From: Amoebophrya sp. A120
Taxonomy: Eukaryota; Protista; Dinoflagellata
NCBI GenBank assembly: GCA_905178155.1
Contig: CAJINV010000003.1
Coordinates: forward strand, 4,871,863 to 4,935,862
Direction: 5' to 3'
Length of the DNA stretch: 64,000 nucleotides
A program made the translations under genes and the position numbers. Below the pieces are notes generated by a model. That model was not told the DNA's origin, did not search any database, and worked only from the letters and a program-made list of their open reading frames with translations. Of this stretch, positions 61,187 through 64,000 are shown one piece after another. Within the stretch, counting starts at the first letter, position 1. Each line of letters opens with the position of its first letter.

Positions 61187-62920
61187 CTAATCTTCACATC
61201 TGACAAAAGTGATAGCACCACTTTGACACCGGCGAGCGCGCGCCTTTATGTGGAAATACGCCGAAAGGATTTTGCATCGATACAGGTCTTGCCAGACGAG
61301 ATGCTCGCGGCGGGCATCAGGCCGTACTACTTGCAAAGAAGAGGGCACAGTGTCACGGGTCTCCTTTTCTTCTCCCGTTACGCTTTGGACCTCCAGCGAC
61401 CTGACTGCAAGCTGGCGCGCGCGTAGTCGCGACCCACGAAAAAGGAGCAAGTCGAATGAGGTTCTCCCATCGAAGGTTAGCAGCTGCGCGCGCCGGTAGA
61501 AGATACGTCCTTGCTCTTCTTTTTCCACTTCCTTTTCAACAGTTTCAAACGCAGTATCGTACTCGAACGAGATCGAGAGCTTTACCAACACCAGGTTAGG
61601 TTCTTCAGATGTCAGACTTGTCGCCCCGTGATGCCTCTCCCAGACTTCGTCTGGAACTTCGTCCAGCAGTTTAGCCAAGGTAAGCTCGCCGAAAGGAGAG
61701 CCCGTCTTCCCTGCTGCTCTACTAAATCCTTCTAAAGAAGGAAGGCTGCTGGCTTGTTCCTCGTCCCACTTTTTCTCTAACAACGTTATTGTAGTATCCA
61801 TTTCTGGTTTTGCGCCAGAAGTGGTACTGAAGTTTGAAGACGTAAACTCGCTTTCGTCTACGGTGCCATCCCGCGAGCTCGTGCGGAGCCACAAACGACA
61901 ATCATGAAAGCCTTCGCCACGAGGCCGGCTATTCGACTTGATTCCGCCTGGCCTTTCCTGTGGGGGCACGCCCGTTCGTTCGAGTGGAGGAACACCAGCG
62001 TGCGTGTATCTCCAACTGCGTACATCCCCGCCTGCGCGCAAGCTCCCCGCGAACCAAGAGTCCTCGTTTGCAAGAAAACTCTCGTCACCTCCACGCACAA
62101 GCGATCCTATGGCTCGTAGGTATTCGAGCGGATAATCATGAGCAATCCACTGCGCAGCGCGTTCGAAGAAGCTGGATATCTTCACGTCTTCGCTCGTTGT
62201 GTTCGATACTCTTCTAGGAAGCGGCACTGGAAAAAGTTTGTCTCTTTCAGTGCCCGGGCCTCCGCCAGAAGAGTTATTTGCCTCGCTTATTTTGTGAGGG
62301 ACAGCAAAATCTAGCTGCTCCAGGGTCGTTCGAACAGCGACACGTGGCTCTAGACGCATGGATCTCCACCTCCCCCAATCCGGATCCGGATCCCAGTAGT
62401 GAGCAACGCGATCCGCGAAGCCCCACCGCAATGCGCTTGTACCAAGTGGCAGTGCAACTAACGGTAGGCTGGCCGGTTCGAAATGAGGTTTCAGCTGCAA
62501 TTGTAAGAGACTCATGAAATTCCCCTGCACCCGTTCAATTTTCATGTCATGCTCGGCTTCGTAGGTCGTCCCCCAAGGTATAACGCTGCTCGGGTCGAAC
62601 CCCGAACGCAATAAGACATCAATGTCCGTGATTCGTTCAAGCTCTTCCGCAAACAGCGACGCTGGGTGTTGCGTAGACGTCGCGTCGACCCCGCCGGTGC
62701 TGGTGGCAGTGCCGACGTACTGCGTTGGAGCACCCTGCTGCTGGTCGTAAGCGTCACTGTTCTCATACTCTTCATCCTGCGGACCACCTTGCACTTCTGC
62801 GATTGATGTCTTCTGCGTCCCGCTCTCTTTATATCGGAGTGATATGGCTCGTGCGGCTTGCAGCAAGGAGTCGGTCGCACTCGTGGTGCAGAAGAAAAGC
62901 CAGATCATCCGCGCGGTCAT
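61187..62920 (-). CDS. Hypothetical, probably secreted protein (~577 aa)
   Basis: Long ATG-initiated ORF with signal-like N-terminus MTARMIWLFFCTTSA. The C-terminal part may read through an intron. Confidence 0.6.
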   Translation of the reverse strand: MTARMIWLFFCTTSATDSLLQAARAISLRYKESGTQKTSIAEVQGGPQDEEYENSDAYDQQQGAPTQYVGTATSTGGVDATSTQHPASLFAEELERITDIDVLLRSGFDPSSVIPWGTTYEAEHDMKIERVQGNFMSLLQLQLKPHFEPASLPLVALPLGTSALRWGFADRVAHYWDPDPDWGRWRSMRLEPRVAVRTTLEQLDFAVPHKISEANNSSGGGPGTERDKLFPVPLPRRVSNTTSEDVKISSFFERAAQWIAHDYPLEYLRAIGSLVRGGDESFLANEDSWFAGSLRAGGDVRSWRYTHAGVPPLERTGVPPQERPGGIKSNSRPRGEGFHDCRLWLRTSSRDGTVDESEFTSSNFSTTSGAKPEMDTTITLLEKKWDEEQASSLPSLEGFSRAAGKTGSPFGELTLAKLLDEVPDEVWERHHGATSLTSEEPNLVLVKLSISFEYDTAFETVEKEVEKEEQGRIFYRRAQLLTFDGRTSFDLLLFRGSRLRARQLAVRSLEVQSVTGEEKETRDTVPSSLQVVRPDARREHLVWQDLYRCKILSAYFHIKARARRCQSGAITFVRCED

Positions 62921-63002
62921 TTCTTCGGATCGGTCAAAGATAGCCGCGGAGAAACATCATGAACAAACTGGCACCTGGTGTAGTGACGCGGACAGGGCTG
63001 CT

Positions 63003-63170
63003 GCCGAGAGGCAAACCGTTCGTCTCCGCACAGGTTTGCCTCGGCGGTGTCGAACCCCTCGACGGGGTTCGACACCGCTCTGCTAACACGGAGGCTCGGC
63101 CCGTGCCGATTCCCGTAGGAACTTGTTGGACTAAAGCCTCGCAAGCATGATGTATAGCCGAGTTTCCGTG
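63003..63170. other. Cluster of three inverted repeats/hairpins upstream of the 62920 start codon
   Basis: gaggcaaacc/ggtttgcctc (63008-17/63033-42); perfect 15-bp gcggtgtcgaacccc/ggggttcgacaccgc (63044-58/63064-78); cacggaggctcggc/gccgagtttccgtg (63087-100/63157-170). Confidence 0.7.
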
Positions 63171-64000
63171 CGGTCCAGTTTCATCTTTCTATACTAAGCA
63201 TAAAAGACACAGTCTGTCATGGATGATAAACTAAAAAAAAGAAGAAAGATCATATCGATCCCGGCAATAATTTGCAAAATGCCGATGTTGCAACAAAAAT
63301 GAAGATAAACATAAATTTATGGGATGTTGGTTGGATGTTCCTGGAAAATTTCTTGATGCAATGGTACAGCACGCGTCCATGAAATATTAACAAAGCTCTG
63401 TAAAAGCCGCATCGCATTCGGAAGCCGACATCCATGTGAATCAAATTAGGCAAGAGCATGAGTATCACAACCCGATGAAAGCCGCACCGGCAAGAGGAAC
63501 CGAGAAAAAAGGCATCAATCCGCATGTATCATGATATTCGAATGTATAACGATTTAGATTTTCTTGATGTTGCATTGAGCCGTACAAAAAACACCGATGG
63601 AATACGAGATCTGCAGCAGCTGGAATCCGGCAGATGCCGATTCATCAGATGCACCAGACCGCGACCGATTGATACACACTTTGACTGTCTGCAGGCACTT
63701 CTCCTGAAACGAACCTGTATCTGGTGGACCGATTGAATATTTTCTGAGATTCACAGGCAAAAAAGCAGAATCTTCACTGGGTCGTGCCGACAATTTCACT
63801 GCCTTCCGCGATGGGCAGATGGATTGCTTTGGAGCATCCCCCAAAGACAAACCGATTCTTGTTGGTTGGCCAATTTTCAACCGAATAATTCATACATTCC
63901 AGGACACTATCTGATGTCGCTCGGCGCACACGAGACCATGAACAAAGACCGACAAGAACGAAAGAGAACAGAATAATGGAACAAACACCATGTAAAATCG

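Noticed and set aside
1-64000. Dinoflagellate spliced-leader relics or an autonomous transposase for the TIR introns
   Set aside because: No CCGTAGCCATTTTGGCTCAAG match and no transposase-like ORF were found by eye. A computational scan could still find degenerate copies.

Overview
Gene-dense eukaryotic (protist) DNA. Every credible gene lies on the minus strand, and many are split by short introns. Most introns are GT-AG, but at least three are non-canonical and bounded by terminal inverted repeats (TIRs), i.e. introner-like. This combination suggests a syndinian/dinoflagellate-lineage alveolate such as Amoebophrya (inference, not verified). Recognisable genes: Trm11 tRNA methyltransferase, RPS25, a GLYK/Tda10-type kinase, an ankyrin protein, an MSS51-C-like protein, an EF-hand/coiled-coil protein, a divergent uS2-like protein and an Erv/QSOX-type sulfhydryl oxidase. 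Highlights: (1) a ~1912-aa urea amidolyase with reversed domain order (urea carboxylase, then allophanate hydrolase), whose missing AH C-terminal domain is encoded ~1.4 kb upstream, so the locus reads as a circular permutation of fungal Dur1,2; (2) three TIR-bounded non-canonical introns, two with apparent 3-bp target-site duplications and one splitting the conserved HPGYGFLSEN motif; (3) a ~3200-aa, four-exon, probably secreted protein with six copies of a Cys-rich module and repeated H-type-lectin-like domains; (4) a putative secreted pseudokinase. No rRNA, tRNA or CRISPR array was recognised.
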